From an uncultured Thermoleophilia bacterium (lineage in GTDB: Bacteria; Actinomycetota; Thermoleophilia; UBA2241), in the NCBI GenBank assembly GCA_963715985.1, contig CAVQSP010000009.1, forward strand, positions 96,001 to 160,000: DNA of 64,000 nucleotides, given 5' to 3'. Each line of letters opens with the position of its first letter. Position 1 is the stretch's first letter. Made by a program: the position numbers and the translations under genes. The notes below the pieces were generated by a model. That model was not told where the DNA came from. It was given only the letters and a program-made list of their open reading frames with translations, and ran no database searches. Below are positions 22,089 through 34,724 of the stretch, one piece after another.

Positions 22089-22966
22089 GCGCCGGCCGCC
22101 CCGTCCGCTTCGAGACAGCCGGCGAGGAACGTGCGCAGCGCGCCCTCGAAGAGCTCCGGCTCGTCCTCGGGGACGTCGTGCGAGCTGCGCTCCCCGACGA
22201 CCCTGGTCACCGTGGCGTTGACGAGCCCCGCCTCCATCTCGTCGGAGCACACCGGCGGCGTGATGGGGTCGTGGACGCCGTTCAGGATCAGCGTGGGGCA
22301 GGTGATGCGGGCGAGGCTTGGGCGCAGGTCCATCCTCCAGGCCTCGTCCGAGAAGAAGTGGCGCGTCACCTCCGGGCGGATGACGGGGCGCGTCTCGCCG
22401 TAGCTGAGGTGCTCCGGGTCGCGCTTCACCGTGTAGAACGGGAAGCAGACGCGCATGAACTCCTCTTCGGCCGCCGGGTCCAGCTCGACGAGGAAGCGGC
22501 GCGCGATGGCTCTCGCCTCCGCGCCGCCCAGCCGCTCGAACGCCGGGCCGAACTGCTCCTCGGAGATCTGCGCCGCCGTGGAGAGCAGCAGGAGCCCGGC
22601 GATCTCGTCCGGGTAGCGCGCCGCGTAGGACTGCGCGACCATGCCGCCGAAGCTCCAGCCCAGGACGAACGGGCGCTCGATGCCGAGCGCCGCGCAGAAG
22701 GCGTGCACGTCGTCGCCCCAGCGCTCGAGGTTCCACAAGGCCGGGTCGCCGTCGTCGCTGCGCCCGTTGCCGCGGTGGTCGTACATGACCACCTGGACCA
22801 CGTCGCAGAGGGGGTCGAGCACGCCCTTGAAGTCCGTGTGGTCGAAGCCGGGGCCGCCGTGCAGCGCGAGGAGCACCGGCCTCTCGCGCATCACCGGGCC
22901 CTCAGGGACCAGCCCTGCGTTGAGCACGTCGAACCACAGGCGCACGTCGCCGATCGAGACTTTCAC
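22085..22966 (-). CDS. Alpha/beta hydrolase (iminopeptidase-like)
   Basis: LHGGPG.DH, DHRGNGRS, GWSFGG, HDP, SSH. GAGGAG RBS. Confidence 0.85.
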   Translation of the reverse strand: MKVSIGDVRLWFDVLNAGLVPEGPVMRERPVLLALHGGPGFDHTDFKGVLDPLCDVVQVVMYDHRGNGRSDDGDPALWNLERWGDDVHAFCAALGIERPFVLGWSFGGMVAQSYAARYPDEIAGLLLLSTAAQISEEQFGPAFERLGGAEARAIARRFLVELDPAAEEEFMRVCFPFYTVKRDPEHLSYGETRPVIRPEVTRHFFSDEAWRMDLRPSLARITCPTLILNGVHDPITPPVCSDEMEAGLVNATVTRVVGERSSHDVPEDEPELFEGALRTFLAGCLEADGAAGA

Positions 22967-23139
22967 GGTAGCGTCTCCTCTCGTGGGGTCGTCGCCCCCG
23001 CGGAGGCGGACCGCAGCTGACAGGCCACCAGCACGCCCGGCTCGCCGGCCAGGGTTCGCACGGGCTCCTCCTCGCGGTGACAACGGCTGGACCTGCTCGA
23101 TCCTGATTCTCTCACCGCCGCCCACCTGCCCGCAGTCGG

Positions 23140-23198
23140 TTACGTACTGAAATTACGCACTATATGATAGTCTTGCGCAAATCGGGAGTCGGTGTCAA
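23140..23198. promoter_or_regulatory. Bidirectional promoter/operator module, copy 1
   Basis: TTACGTA-N6-TTACGCA, TGaTAGTCT, minus-strand TTGACA at 23193-23198. Homologous to 36477-36535. Confidence 0.65.
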
Positions 23199-23292
23199 TG
23201 AGACTCCCGAGGGTGCGGACGACGGCGTCTCTTCTGGATGCGTGCCATATGCTACGTGACTGCGCTGTCGGCGCGTCGAACGCGGGCGATTC

Positions 23293-25564
23293 ATGGAGGC
23301 GAGGGTTGAGGGATGTCAGCAGAGGGCGGACGCTGGCGGACTCGGCACCTGTCTTCACCCAGCGGCGCCGGCCGCGGGCGGGTGCTCCCAACGTCGTGAT
23401 GATCCTGCTCGACGATCTGGGGTTCGCGCAGTTCGGCTGCTACGGCTCCGGCCTCATCACACCGCACGTGGACGCCCTTGCGGAGCAAGGCCTGCGCTAC
23501 AACAACTTCCACGTCACCGCGATCTGCTCCGCGACGCGAGCGTGCCTGTTGACCGGCCGCAACCACCATGCAGTCGGCATGGGCTTCTTCCCCGACCAGC
23601 CCATGGGCTTTCCCGGCTACAGCGGCCGGATCCCCAAGAGCGCGGGAACCTTGCCGCGGCTGCTGCGCGATGATGGCTACAGCACGTTCGCGGTGGGCAA
23701 GTGGCATCTCACGCCGCGTTTCGAGTGGACGGCGAGCGGCCCGTTCGACCGCTGGCCGCTGGGCATGGGTTTCGAGCGCTACTACGGCTTTCTCAGCGGG
23801 TGGACGAATCAGTGGAGCCCCGACCTGGCGTGTGACAACGGCCTGATCGAGCCACCCGCGTCGCCCGAGGACGGCTATCACCTGACGGAGGACCTCGCGA
23901 CGCAGGCGATCCGCTTCGTGCAGGACCAGCAGCAGGCCGCGCCGGACAAGCCGTTCTTCGTCTACTTCGCCCCCGGCGCCATGCATGACCCGCACCAGGT
24001 ACCTGCGTCATGGGTGGAGCCGTACCGCGGGCGTTTCGACGAGGGTTGGGAGGTACTGCGGCACCAGACGTTCCTCCGGCAGCAGGAGCTCGGTGTGGTG
24101 CCACCCGACACGACGCTCCCGGAGCGGCCCTCCTGGGTCGCGGCCTGGGACGACCTCTCCCCCGACGAACGCCGCGTGTTCGCGCGGCAGATGGAGGTGT
24201 ACGCCGGCTTCCTCACCCACACGGACGCCCAGATCGGGCGCCTGGTGGACTTCCTTGCCCGCATCGAGGTCCTGGACGACACCATCGTCATGGTCCTGTC
24301 GGACAACGGGGCGAGCGCTGAAGGCGGACCACAGGGATTCCTCGAGCCGGCTGCGCCCGACGTCGCTGCCATGCTGAGCCGCATCGACGACTTCGGTGGG
24401 CACCGGGCCTTCAACCACTACGCGTGGGGCTGGGCGTGGGCCGGCAACACGCCGTTCAAGCTGTGGAAGCGCTACTCGTGGCTCGGCGGCGTGCGGGTGC
24501 CGCTGATCGTCCGGTGGCCCGCCGGGATCTCCGCCGAGAGCAGCGGCGAGGTGCGCGGCCAGTTCTGCCACGCCATCGACCTGATGCCCACGATCCTCGC
24601 CGCCGCCGGGGTCGCTGTGCCCGAGGCGCTCGACGGCGTCTCCCAGCAGCCCGTCGACGGGGCGAGCATGCTCCCGACGTTCGGCGACGCCGGCAGTCCC
24701 AGTCCCCGAGGCACGCAGTACTTCGAGACCCTGGGCTCGCGCGCCATCTACCAGGATGGCTGGAAGGCCACCACGGATCATGTCGACAGCACGAGGCCGG
24801 CCGAGCGCGAGCTCATCGACGGCAGCTACGACTTCGACACCGATTCCTGGTCGCTGTTCCGCGTGGAGGAGGACTTCGCCGAGGCGCACGACCTCACGGA
24901 GGCACAGCCGGAACGCCTGCGCCAGATGATCGAGCTCTGGTGGCAGGAGGCTGACCGCAACCAGGTGCTGCCCTTGTGCGAGGGCATCCTCACCGAGCAG
25001 CGCGCCGCAAGCTTCGAGCCGCCGCCCTACCCGGACCGGCAGGACTACGTGTACCGGCCCGGCGGCGGCGCCGTCATCACGCCCTCGTTCCTCGCCGGCT
25101 TTCGCCTCGTCGCCGACATCGAAGTGCCGGACGGGATCTCCGCGTCCGGGGTCATCTGCGCTCACCACATCTACTCGTTCGGGGCCACAGTCCCCGGTGG
25201 CTGGGCCTGCTACGTCCTGGACGGGCGTCTGGTCGTCGCGTTCGACGCCGTGGGACTGACGACGCAGGTCACTGTGGACGATCTCAGCCTGGCCGGCAGG
25301 CACGAGGTAGGCATCGCCTACCTCCCCGACCCCGACGCCGATGGCCGGCTTCTCGTCACCCTGGACGGCCGGCAGTCGGCGACCCGCCGTGTCCCGGCCG
25401 GCCCCGGACGGGCAGTCCTGCGGTATCTCGAGGGCAAGCTCCTGATCGGCCGCGACGTGGGCTTCCCGCTCTGCGCCGACTACCGGCCGCCGTTTCCGTT
25501 CACCGGGCGCATCCACAGCGTCCGCTTCGCCGTTCCCGCCTCCACCGCCGAGAGACCCGCGTGA
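23293..25564 (+). CDS. Arylsulfatase (Cys-type); start uncertain
   Basis: PNVVMILLDDLG, CSATRACLLTGRNHH, GKWH, GFERYYGF, SDNG. Confidence 0.9.
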
Positions 25565-25622
25565 AGACCCCCAGGGTGTGCCGCGCCACGATTGAGGCGG
25601 ACCGGCAGGCGTCCGTACTCCG

Positions 25623-27056
25623 CTATCGCTCCAGAAGGCGCGCCAGCTTCGTGTCGACGTCGGGGGGGAGCGGCATCGGCCGATGATCCTCGAGGAGCTG
25701 CCGGACCTTGGCGTTCACCCGATCGCGCATCGTGAGGGACCCGCCCTTCGCCCAGCTGCCGTGGTTCTGCCGATCCTCCAGCTCGGGCGACCAAGCCGAG
25801 CGGCAGTGTGTCGACGTGTGCTTGTGGCTCAGGAACGTCCCGCCGGGTCCGACGTCGTGCGTCACGCCGACGGCAAGCGATTCCTCGTCCACGCGGATGC
25901 CGCCGAGCAGGTGGGCGCACTTGCCGATCATCTCGTTCGTGAACACCAGCTGCTCGAACGAGGACGTCATGCCGCCCTCGATGAAGCCCACGTCGTGCGC
26001 CAGGTTGGAGCCCGAGAGCGCCGCCATCATCACCCAGGTCGCCGCGTCGGCGGCCGCCTGCTCATCGAAGCACTTGGCGTCCGTGCAGCCGGCGTAGCCC
26101 CAGGCCGGCAGATCGTAGTACTCCGCCAGCTCCGAGATCGCAGCCATGGTCAGCATGAACTCCGGTGATCCGTAGCTCGAGATAGACGTGCGCATGTCCA
26201 GCGTCAGGATGCCGCCGCCCGAGACGACCGGCGTGCCCTTCCTCTTCAACTGGGCGATCAGTATCCCGGCCAGGGACTCGGCGTTGGCGAGCGCCAGGCC
26301 GCCCGCCGGCGTGACCGGCCCCGTGCCTCCGCTGAGCATCCCGGACATGAAGATGCACGGGATGCCGTGCTCCGCGCAGAACAGCAACTTCTGCATGTCG
26401 TCGGGAGCGAAGCCGAGGGGCGACACAGGCTCGATGTACATGATCGCGAAGGGCCGCTGCCGGAAGGCGTCCTCTCCGCCGGCGACGGCGCCCGCCATCT
26501 CGAGCAGCCTGCCCGCGGCCGCCACATCCAGTGCCGTGTAGACGAGGGGTTTGGTGGAGTTGCGCATCATCGCCGCGAAGTGGTGCAGTTCGGCAGTCTC
26601 GGCCGCCACGTCTGAGGCGATGCCCATGCACATGAGGAAGTCGATGTTCGGCAGGGCGTCACCGACGCGGGCAAAACCGGCGACGTCGGCCAGCAGCGGT
26701 CGACGGCGCTCGCCCGTGTACGGATCGATCACGTTGGGTGTGTCGGAACCGGTGCCGAAGTAGGTGCGGCGCCGGCCCACGTGCATGGCCTCCGCACCGT
26801 TGCGGTCGTAGATCGTGATGCTGCTCGGACTGGACCTCACAGCCCAGTCGATGAGATGCGCCGGGATCCGGACGAGCCCACCGGCACCCACGTGCGCGCC
26901 GGCGTCTGCCAGCAGGGCGGTGGCTTCGTCGCTGTAGACACGTACTCCGGTCTGCCGGAGTATGCGCATGCTGGCGTCATGGATATCGTCCAGCTGACTG
27001 CGCGAGAGGATGCGGAAGCCCACGGTTTCCAGGGGCGCTGATCCGGTGGTGATCAT
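25623..27056 (-). CDS. Non-pyrrolysine MttB-superfamily (trimethylamine methyltransferase family) protein
   Basis: FGTGSD, EPVSPL, GGTGPVT.AG, NAE.LAG, LDMRT...YGSPE, GYAGCTDAK (Cys at the Pyl-equivalent site), HDVG, VGPGGTFL. Confidence 0.88.
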   Translation of the reverse strand: MITTGSAPLETVGFRILSRSQLDDIHDASMRILRQTGVRVYSDEATALLADAGAHVGAGGLVRIPAHLIDWAVRSSPSSITIYDRNGAEAMHVGRRRTYFGTGSDTPNVIDPYTGERRRPLLADVAGFARVGDALPNIDFLMCMGIASDVAAETAELHHFAAMMRNSTKPLVYTALDVAAAGRLLEMAGAVAGGEDAFRQRPFAIMYIEPVSPLGFAPDDMQKLLFCAEHGIPCIFMSGMLSGGTGPVTPAGGLALANAESLAGILIAQLKRKGTPVVSGGGILTLDMRTSISSYGSPEFMLTMAAISELAEYYDLPAWGYAGCTDAKCFDEQAAADAATWVMMAALSGSNLAHDVGFIEGGMTSSFEQLVFTNEMIGKCAHLLGGIRVDEESLAVGVTHDVGPGGTFLSHKHTSTHCRSAWSPELEDRQNHGSWAKGGSLTMRDRVNAKVRQLLEDHRPMPLPPDVDTKLARLLER

Positions 27057-28564
27057 GGTGAGTCCCTCCGAGACGTCGGCGGTGCAGGTACACGAGTGGA
27101 ATCCAGCAGCGTCAGCAGGTCCGGCGCGTCGTCGATGCCCATCTGGCGAGCGGTCTCCGCGACCACCTCGCCGGCCTGGGCGAGCAAGCCCCGCTCGAGC
27201 CCCACCGGCTCCTGAGCCAGCGCCTCTGCGACCTTGCGGCGCGCGCGCTCCAGCATGCTCTCTCCCGCGCTCCAGCTCTCTTGCGTGCCGCGGAACGAGA
27301 GCCTGCTCTGCACCTTCTCGGTGCGAAGGTACTCGCGCGTCTGGCGGAGCCCCAGGAACCCGGCTCCGGAGAGCGCTCCGCGCTGCATCTCGGCGACGTC
27401 GAGCACAGTCTCGTCCGCCGGCCGCTCCTCGAGCGACCAGCGGATCCAGCGCGAGATCTCGTCGTCGATGACGAGCATCTCCAGCGAGCCTCCCACCGCC
27501 GCCTGCATGAGGCCCATGCCCGAGACGAAATCCGGGCGCGCGATCGAGGCCAGCAGCGCGCCGATGGCCCGCTCGAACCCACACTGCACGTCGATCACCC
27601 TGCTGTCGCTGGACAGTCCGTACACATCGCAGCGCATGCCGTACCGATGGGCGAGGATCGTTGCCGCCTGGGCTGTGGAACCGATCTCGGGCCCGCCCAT
27701 GAGGGCCTGGCCGGTACGAGAGTCGCAGGGCATGAGCCTGGAGCCGTAGGTGACGGGGGTCCCCGGCCTTGCCGCCTGGGCGACGACAAGGCCGCACAGC
27801 GCTTCCGCGGTCTGCTGTGCGAGCGCGGCCGCGAGGGGCGCCGGGGCGGTCGTACCGGCGAGAGGGCACGGCAGCACGGTGCAGGCGGCGCCGAGCCGGG
27901 CGGCCTCGACGAGCGCCTCCGCCGGTCCGGCGCCGAAGCTGAGCGGCGACAGCGGGGAGAACGCCAGGCTGATGGCGTAGCGATCCTGAGCGACGTCGCC
28001 GCCCACTGCGTCCTGAGCAAGCCGGCAGAGGCCTCGGACCTGGGCGACAGACCACAGCCCCGGCCCACTGATGCACTTGTCGGTCTGCGCCAGGCAGGCG
28101 ACGTAGCTGACGAGCGGCTCGAGGTCGCCCGGAAGCCCGCTGGGTCCGAAGAGCGGCAGCACCAGGTCGGGGTGCTCGCAGTGGTGCTGCACGCGCACCG
28201 CCGCGGACACGTCGGCGAGCGTTGCGGGACGCTGCTCGCCGGTATCGGGATCGACGACTGACGGCGCTCCCGCGAGCGGATGCGTGCGCGGCGCCGTGCC
28301 GCCCTCACCCACGACCAGCGAGCGGGCGTCGTCCCGCGCGACGAGCGTGAAGGTCCGAGGGGCGGCCGCCGACGCCTTCTCCACGACCTCCCAGGGGATC
28401 GTGACGCGCCCGCCGTCGGACTCGGTGCACCCATACTCGACCATGAGGTCTCGCACGGCCTCCGACTGGACGGCCATCCCCACCGTGCTCAGGAGATCTC
28501 GAGTCGCGCGCTCTATCGCGTCGATCGCCGATCCCGGCCAGAGACTCACTTCACGCCTGTCCAC
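27053..28564 (-). CDS. Non-pyrrolysine MttB-superfamily protein
   Basis: SPLSPL, AGTTAP, AE.LCG, PGTPV.YG, GGPE, YGLSSDSR (Ser at the Pyl site), LVIDDEI. AAGGAG RBS. Confidence 0.85.
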   Translation of the reverse strand: MDRREVSLWPGSAIDAIERATRDLLSTVGMAVQSEAVRDLMVEYGCTESDGGRVTIPWEVVEKASAAAPRTFTLVARDDARSLVVGEGGTAPRTHPLAGAPSVVDPDTGEQRPATLADVSAAVRVQHHCEHPDLVLPLFGPSGLPGDLEPLVSYVACLAQTDKCISGPGLWSVAQVRGLCRLAQDAVGGDVAQDRYAISLAFSPLSPLSFGAGPAEALVEAARLGAACTVLPCPLAGTTAPAPLAAALAQQTAEALCGLVVAQAARPGTPVTYGSRLMPCDSRTGQALMGGPEIGSTAQAATILAHRYGMRCDVYGLSSDSRVIDVQCGFERAIGALLASIARPDFVSGMGLMQAAVGGSLEMLVIDDEISRWIRWSLEERPADETVLDVAEMQRGALSGAGFLGLRQTREYLRTEKVQSRLSFRGTQESWSAGESMLERARRKVAEALAQEPVGLERGLLAQAGEVVAETARQMGIDDAPDLLTLLDSTRVPAPPTSRRDSP

Positions 28565-28661
28565 TGCTGCTCCTTGTCGAGCATCGAAGGGCTGACGGCG
28601 CGGGCTGCGGAGCGATGTCGCGACTCTCGCAGGCGCGTCAGGTCGCTCCCGGGCGCGCCGG

Positions 28662-30759
28662 CTATGACCGCACGTCTTGGTCACTCGGCCCGGGCAGCGG
28701 CAGCCCGAGCTCGCGCATGAGAAAGCCGAGCCACTCGGCCACCTGGTCCGGGTCGGTGCCGACGCTGAGGTGGCCGCCGTCGGGCCGGGCGCGCAGGAGG
28801 ACGGGGTGTGCGGAGCGATTGGCGGCAAGCAGGCGGGCCGCGAACTTGCGCGCGTGCCACGGGGCGCAGCGGACATCGTTCGCCCCGGTCCAGACCAGGG
28901 TGGGCGGGTACGACGCGTCTTGGGCATTCTGGTAGGGCGAGTACGCCGCCAGCACCGCTGCATCCGCAGCCGACGTCGGGTCGCCATACTCGACGACCAC
29001 CCCCCAGTACGTGTAGGGAGGGCGCTCGCAGCGGAGGAGGTCGGTCACCGGCACCTGGACACACACGGCACCCCAGAGCTCCGGGCGCTGGGTCAGCGCG
29101 ACGGCGGCCAGGATGCCGCCGCTCGACTCCCCCACGAAGCCGAGCCGGGCGGACGTCGTCACGCCCTCGGCGAGCAGCGCCTCGGCGATCACGTAGAGGT
29201 CGTCGAACGTGCCCTGCTTGCTCGCGAGCCGGCCTTCGAGCCATTGGCGCTCACCGTACTCGCCGCCGCCTCGCAGATGCGCGATCACGACGATCCCGCC
29301 GGCGAGCACAAAGGGGGCCAGCTTGCCCAGATACGCAGGCACGAAGGCGACGTTGGAGGCGCCATAGCCGAAGATGAGCGTGGGCCGTGGCAGCGAGCGC
29401 GCGGCGTCGCTGCTGCGAGATCAGCGTGTACGACGCTTCACGGCCGTTCGCGGCGACGGCCTTCCGGACCTCGCCGTACACACCGTCGAGGACGAACGCC
29501 GGCGGCTGGAGCAGCGTGAGCCGCCGCGACGGGACGTGGTAGAGGTAGGTGGCCGGGGAGCGTCCGGGAGAGGCGAACGTGAACGTGAACGACTCACCGC
29601 ACGCGACCACGCTCCCCCCCTCGATGGGGGGGAAGATCTTGTAGTTGCCGCTGAAGGCGTGCTCGGCCACGACGCCGCGCTCGGGAAGCGGCACATCATC
29701 GACGAACGTCCCATCCCGGTCGAGGATGCGGACCCGCGCGGCGGCGCCCTGAAGGCTGCACACGACGTAGTACCCGGCGACGTCGTCGACGCTCACCAGG
29801 ACCTCGTCGGACTCCGCCAACAGCTCGACCCAGGTGGACCTGTCGTGCGCGGACTCGAGCGGCAGGCGCACGAGACGTCCACGCGGGGCATCTTCGCTGA
29901 CCACCGCGACGTAGTCGTCGCCGTCGACGAAGCCATAGGCCCGCTTGTCCATCCGATCCTCGAGGACCTCGAACCACTCACCGTCCGGCAGGCGGCGCGC
30001 GAGCACGATGCGTCCCCCGCTGCGGCAGCTGCTGAGCGTGAGCCACCGCCCATCCGCCGAGACCTGGGGATACCCGCCGAGCGGCTCCGGATTCGAGGCC
30101 TGCGCGATCCCCAGCGCCGCGATCGACTCGCGCCGCGGTTCCCCATCGCCGACCGCCAGGAACAGCAGGTCGCGTGGCTGGTTCATCACGTAAGGACCCG
30201 CGGGGAAGAAGAAGCCGCTCGAATCCGGAAGCCAGGCCACCCGGGTGTTCCAGCACTCGGGGACCGCGACGGGAAGCAACTCCTCGCGCTCCAGGTCAAG
30301 CAGGCGCAGGACGCACTGTTCGTCGCCGCCCCAGGAGACACCGACTGCGGCGTAGCGGCCGTCGGGCGAGGGGAAGAACCAGTCCAGAGTCGCCGGCCGG
30401 CCGGGCTCGGAGAACGCGTCGACGGGCAGGACCACGCGCCACGGGCCCGCCGGTCCTGCGGCCGACTCCAGCCGCTCTCCATCGTCGCCGTACGCGAACC
30501 GCAGCCAGCGGTCGCCGCAGCCGTGGGGGGCGCTCACGTACGTCGCGCCCAGGTGGTCGCCCAGCATCTGTCTCAGAGCATCGAAGCCCTCCACGTCGCG
30601 CAGGCGGGCCTCCGCGACGGCGTTGTGCGCCCTTTGCCAGGCAAGCGACTCCGGGCTGTCGTCCTCCAGCCACACGTACGGGTCTTCGTAGTCGAGCCCT
30701 CCCGCGACGACACGGACAGGCCGCAGCTCCGCGAGCGGGGCCGCGAACTCGCCGTTCAC
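28662..30759 (-). CDS. Prolyl oligopeptidase family (S9A), paralog 2 (frameshift near 29400)
   Basis: EDPYVWLE, SPDGRY, LRGGGEYG, GESSGG, NDVRC, GGH. Confidence 0.85.
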
Positions 30760-31807
30760 CGCGAGCCCTTCGACAGCCCGGACGAGCGCAGATGACAGGC
30801 CACCAGGGTCGTGCCGCCTGAGGCTGCCGGCAGCAGCTGCGGCACCTCGACGCGGCAGCGCTCCTCGACGATCGGGCAGCGCGGATGGAAGCGGCAGCCG
30901 GGCGGCACGTGGGAGGCATCCGGCGGCTCACCCGGCAGGGTGCGCACGCGTTCCTCCTCGCGGTGCACGCGTGGTACCGCGTAGATCAGCGCCTGGGTGT
31001 AGGGGTGCTGCGGAGAGTCGATCACGGCGTGTGCGACGCCAAGCTCGACGAGGTTGCCGTGGTACATGACCGCGACCCGGTCGGCGACGTGAGCCGCCGT
31101 GGCGAGGTCGTGGGTGATCATGAGGATGCCGAGGCGCTCCTCCCTGCGCAGGCGGTCGAGCAGCTCGAGGATGCCGGCGCGCACGGAGACGTCGAGCATG
31201 GAGACGGGCTCGTCGGCAACGAGCAGGCTGAGGGCAGCAGGACGAGGCTGCCGGCGATGGCGACGCGCTGGCGCTGACCGCCGGAGAGCTGGTGCGGGTA
31301 GCGCTCGCTGAAGCTCGCGACCGGGGTGAGGCCGACCTTGGTGAGGGCGTCGGAGACGAGCTCCTCCTCGGCCGCCTTGTCGCGCGCGAGGCCGTGGATG
31401 CGCAGCGCCTCGGCGACCAGCTCGCGGGTGCGCAGGCGCGGGTCGAGGGCTGCGTAGGGGTCCTGGTGGATGAGCTGGGCGCGGCGGCGCAGCGGGCGCA
31501 GCTGGCGCCGCGAGAGGGCGGTCACGTCGCGGCCCTCGAGGAGGACCGTCCCGGCCGTCGGGTCGAGGAGGCGCAGGGCGGCGAGCGCCAGCGTCGTCTT
31601 GCCCGAGCCCGACTCGCCGACGAGGGCGAGGAGCTCGCCGGCGTCGAGGTGCAGGGAGACGCCGTCGACGGCGCGGGCGACGCTGCCGCCGCGCCCGCCG
31701 AGGCGGTCGCCGAGCGAGCGCTTGAGGGCGAAGTGCACGGCGAGGTCGCGGACCTCGAGAAGATGGGCGGCGGCGGAGCGGCCACGGGCTCTGAGGGGCG
31801 GCGGCGC

Positions 31808-31811
<4 letters not shown>
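30756..31811 (-). CDS. Oligopeptide ABC transporter ATPase (OppF-like, frameshifted)
   Basis: GESGSGKT, YPHQLSGGQRQR, ADEPVSMLD, HPYT, GCRFHPRCP. Confidence 0.88.
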
Positions 31812-32811
<1,000 letters not shown>

Positions 32812-32815
<4 letters not shown>

Positions 32816-33699
32816 GCCTCGTCCTCCGCCGTCGCCCGCCGCAGGCGGAACGAACGCGGCGAGACGTGGGCGTGCCCGAGGCGCGGGTTCATGGCCTCTT
32901 CGACGCCCTGGCCGATGAGGAAGGAGCCGAGCACGACGAGGGCGATGCAGACGCCAGGCGGCACGATGGCCCACCAGGCGCCGGAGGAGACCGCCGAGTG
33001 CAGGAAGGCGTTCTGGATGATCGTGCCCCAGGAGACGCGCGACGGGTCGCCGAGACCGATGAAGGCCAGCGCGGCCTCGAAGAAGACGGCGCTGGCCACC
33101 GTGAGCACGGTCTGCGCGACGAGCAGCGGCGCCACGTGCGGCAGGATGTGGCGGCGGATGATGTAGAGGTCACCGGCGCCCAGCGAGCGCGCTCGGGAGA
33201 CGAACCCGCGCTCCTTGAGCGTGTGCACCTGGGCGCGCACCACGTAGGTCACGCTCATCCAGCTGAGGAGCCCGATGACGAGGACGATGTGGTAGATGGT
33301 CTGCCCGAACAGCGCGGCCAGCACGATCATGAGGGGCAGGGCGGGGATCACGAGGAAGAAGTCGGTGACCCCGGTGACGGTGGTCTCGCCCCAGCTTCCC
33401 TTGTAGCCGGCGATGATGCCGAGGACGCCGCCGATGAGGACGGCCACGAAGGCCGCGGCGAAGCCCACGAGCATCGAGTTCTGGGCGCCGGCGATGACCA
33501 GGGACAGCATGTCGACGCCGGCGTCGTCACAGCCCAGCCAGTGGGCGGCCGAGGGAGGCGCAAAGGCGGCGCCGCTGGGGCGGTCGATCGGGTAGGGCTC
33601 GAGCAGCGGGGCGAAGACGGCGACGAAGGTGAAGAGGGCGACGATGACGACCCCGGCCAGTACCGTCTTGCGGGTGAGCACGCGGCGCAGGCTCTTCAT
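32812..33699 (-). CDS. Oligopeptide ABC transporter permease (OppC-like)
   Basis: HWLG.D..G.D, ARSLGA...IIRRHILP, SWG. Confidence 0.9.
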
Positions 33700-34661
33700 T
33701 CCGCGACCCTGGGGTCGAGCACGGCGTGCAGCACGTCGCCGAGGAAGTTGAAGCCCACCACCGAGACGGTGATGACGAGGAAGATGCCCTGCAGCATGGG
33801 GTAGTCGCGGGCGCCGACCGCCTGCACGGTGGCGAGCCCGACGCCGGGCCAGCTGAAGACGGCCTCGACGAGGAGGACGCCGCCGATCAGCCAGCCGAGG
33901 GTGAGCGTGGAGAGCGTGACGAGCGGCAGCATCGCCGAGCGGAAGGCCTCGCGCCAGACGATGCGCCGGTTCGCGTAGCCCTTGGCACGCGCCGTGAGCA
34001 CATGGTCCTCACCGAGCGCCTCCAGTTGGGATGAACGCACGACGAGGGCGAACGACCCGAACAACATCAGCGCCACGCAGGTGGCCGGGAGGAGCATGTG
34101 CTGGAGGCGGTCGGCGAGCGTGGTGACGAAGCCGGCATCGAACAGGTAGGGGTCGCTCATGCCGCTGGTCGGCAGCCAGTGAGCCAGCCAGACGAGGAGG
34201 AGGAGGCCCAGCCACTGTACCGGCAGGGCGTAGATGATCATGGCGGCGCCGGTGATGACGCGGTCGCGGGCGCCGCCCTGCCGGTAGGCGGCGGAGACCC
34301 CGATCCAGGTGCCGACGAGGATGGCGACCACCGTCCCCAGGAGGACCATGGGCACGGTGTTGCGGACCGACCGCCAGACCTCGTGGAGCACCGGCTGCTG
34401 CGTCTGGAAGCTGACGCCGAGGTTGCCGCGCGCGAGCTGCTTCAGGTAGAGCGCGTACTGCGTCGTCAGCGGCTTGTCGATGCCGAACTGCGCGCGCAGG
34501 GCTGCCTGTGCCTCCTTGGTGAAGTTGGGCACGCGGCTGAGGTTCGCGGTGGCGTCCCCGGGGAGCGCGCGGAACAGCACGAAGCTGAAGCTCACCGCGA
34601 TGAAGGCGATGACGAGCGCGCTCCCGGCGCGCCGCAGGATGAAGCGCTGGCGCTTGCTCAT
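33696..34661 (-). CDS. Oligopeptide ABC transporter permease (OppB-like)
   Basis: PGD, GNLGVSF, TARAKG, EAVFSWPGVG, RDYPMLQG. Confidence 0.9.
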   Translation of the reverse strand: MSKRQRFILRRAGSALVIAFIAVSFSFVLFRALPGDATANLSRVPNFTKEAQAALRAQFGIDKPLTTQYALYLKQLARGNLGVSFQTQQPVLHEVWRSVRNTVPMVLLGTVVAILVGTWIGVSAAYRQGGARDRVITGAAMIIYALPVQWLGLLLLVWLAHWLPTSGMSDPYLFDAGFVTTLADRLQHMLLPATCVALMLFGSFALVVRSSQLEALGEDHVLTARAKGYANRRIVWREAFRSAMLPLVTLSTLTLGWLIGGVLLVEAVFSWPGVGLATVQAVGARDYPMLQGIFLVITVSVVGFNFLGDVLHAVLDPRVAE

Positions 34662-34724
34662 GGTCTCAGATCGAGGCGCGGGCGGCTGCGCCGCCCGCGC
34701 CTCGAGATCCGTCCGCTCAGCCCG

